From: Candidatus Woesearchaeota archaeon CG10_big_fil_rev_8_21_14_0_10_32_9
GTDB taxonomy: Archaea > Nanobdellota > Nanobdellia > Woesearchaeales > 21-14-0-10-32-9
Reading direction: 5' to 3'
Assembly: GCA_002762915.1 (NCBI GenBank)
Contig: PCYF01000015.1
Span: 1 to 43,526, forward strand
Length of the DNA stretch: 43,526 nt
The first letter of the stretch is position 1. Every line of letters starts with the position of its first letter. Position numbers and translations under genes: made by a program. Of this stretch, positions 42,913 to 43,526 are shown one piece after another. Below the pieces are notes generated by a model that saw only the letters and a list, made by a program, of their open reading frames with translations, searched no databases and was not told the DNA's origin.

Positions 42913-43526
42913 TTATGGAGTCCATCTCAACATAGTTCTCGGGAATGGTATTGCATCTTTAATATTGTCTAATCCGCAAATCCACGAAATTACTCTTTCT
43001 ACTCCAAATCCAAAACCTCCATGAGGAACCGATCCATATTTTCTTGTATCTAAATAAAATTTGTATTGAGACACATCTTCGCCTTCTTCTTCCAATCTTT
43101 CCTCTATTTTTGTCAGATCACTTTCTCTTTCGCTTCCGCCAATTATTTCACCGTATCCTTCTGGTGCAATAAAGTCTACTCCGTGTACAGTTTCAGGATT
43201 TTCTGGAGCTTCTTTCATATAGAACGCTTTGACTTTTTTAGGATAGTGTGTTACAAGTATAGGCGTATCAAACAACGAGGATAATTTGTCTTCTTCTATT
43301 GTTCTCAAATCTTTTCCCCAAGGTATTTTTAGCTTGAATTTTTCCTCGAGCAATTTTAGTGCGTCTGTATAAGTCATTCTTGGGAAAGGTTTCTCAATAG
43401 AGGGCTCAAGTTTTTTCAAATCTCTTCCAAGTATTTCTAAAGAATCTTTGTCTTTTTCCAATACTCTTTTAACGACATGTTTGATTAGTGCTTCTCCGTA
43501 ATCTTGTATATCTTTAAAGTCCGCCC
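42913..43526 (-). CDS. asnS: asparaginyl-tRNA synthetase, C-terminal part (N-terminus beyond the window)
   Basis: Class IIb motifs APEGYGEIIGGSERE and GGFGFGVERVISWICGLDNIKDAIPFPR. The frame stays open to nt 43526 (…ADFKDIQDYGEALIKHVVKRV upstream of the track start). Confidence 0.85.
   Translation of the reverse strand, partial: ADFKDIQDYGEALIKHVVKRVLEKDKDSLEILGRDLKKLEPSIEKPFPRMTYTDALKLLEEKFKLKIPWGKDLRTIEEDKLSSLFDTPILVTHYPKKVKAFYMKEAPENPETVHGVDFIAPEGYGEIIGGSERESDLTKIEERLEEEGEDVSQYKFYLDTRKYGSVPHGGFGFGVERVISWICGLDNIKDAIPFPRTMLRWTP

Noticed and set aside
1-43526. Short ORF-track entries lying antisense to, or out of frame within, strong genes. Examples: 1394-1585, 1452-1718, 2320-2502, 2981-3190, 3115-3309, 3569-3796, 4116-4322, 4875-5243, 7767-8003, 8767-8982, 9585-9788, 13132-13419, 13850-14128, 14313-14504, 15250-15450, 15629-15871, 17941-18123, 18066-18260, 23717-23986, 24615-24851, 25795-26013, 26295-26480, 26324-26518, 27662-27928, 28184-28543, 29113-29295, 30829-31032, 34579-34821, 36986-37183, 38359-38652, 38842-39054, 40389-40625, 41306-41512, 43066-43284.
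   Set aside because: Each overlaps a longer ORF with recognisable motifs. Their products are low-complexity (L/F/S/I- or K-rich, typical of AT-rich shadow frames), and none has a convincing RBS or TATA box.
1-43526. Looked for CRISPR arrays, rRNA, tRNA, IS elements/transposases, integrases, inteins and long direct or inverted repeats bounding an island.
   Set aside because: I found no spaced identical repeats, no tRNA cloverleaf with matching acceptor arms, no rRNA-like GC-rich blocks and no recombinase motifs. This was done by eye only, so short or degenerate elements could be missed.

Overview
AT-rich (about 30% GC by eye, not computed), densely coding archaeal chromosome segment. About 58 supportable CDSs. 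I found no rRNA, tRNA, CRISPR array, transposase or integrase. Archaeal identity rests on cbf5, the PIN(Fcf1)-rpo7-spt4-eS24-eS31 block, TYW1/Taw1, Trm11, a DRG GTPase, FtsZ, NurA-HerA and Mre11. Metabolism is sparse: PGI/PMI, class I FBP aldolase, a PfkB kinase, Nudix, an M29 aminopeptidase and a PduO-type adenosyltransferase. Together with many small or unknown exported proteins this fits a small-genome DPANN-type archaeon, which is an inference and not a database result. First genes of transcription units usually have a TATA-like box about 25-30 nt upstream of the start codon (leaderless). Internal operon genes have GGAGG/GGTGA-type ribosome-binding sites. I used this to shorten several over-extended ORF-track starts. 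Main hunt results, in order of interest. (1) A BshA/MshA/PIG-A-like GT4 glycosyltransferase, an LmbE/PIG-L deacetylase and an ATP-grasp ligase form an operon, with a second convergent LmbE paralog (18257-22006). This is a candidate pathway for a GlcN-amide conjugate using a non-canonical ligase. (2) An Epd/Tad-like type IV filament operon with a split platform protein and uncharacterised leading genes (12391-17533). A separate surface module nearby has two class III signal-peptide proteins and a Cys-rich exported protein (6860-9703). One pilin-like gene has lost its start codon frame through an A7 homopolymer. (3) A roughly 260-nt ORF-free, GC-enriched, helix-rich leader lies upstream of ftsZ. 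(4) Four minus-strand genes end in a hairpin followed by a T5-7-C-T7+ tract. (5) Spt4 lacks its zinc ligands. (6) nurA-herA is uncoupled from an mre11 that has no adjacent rad50. All coordinates were derived by hand from the sequence and the ORF track. No searches or folding programs were run.
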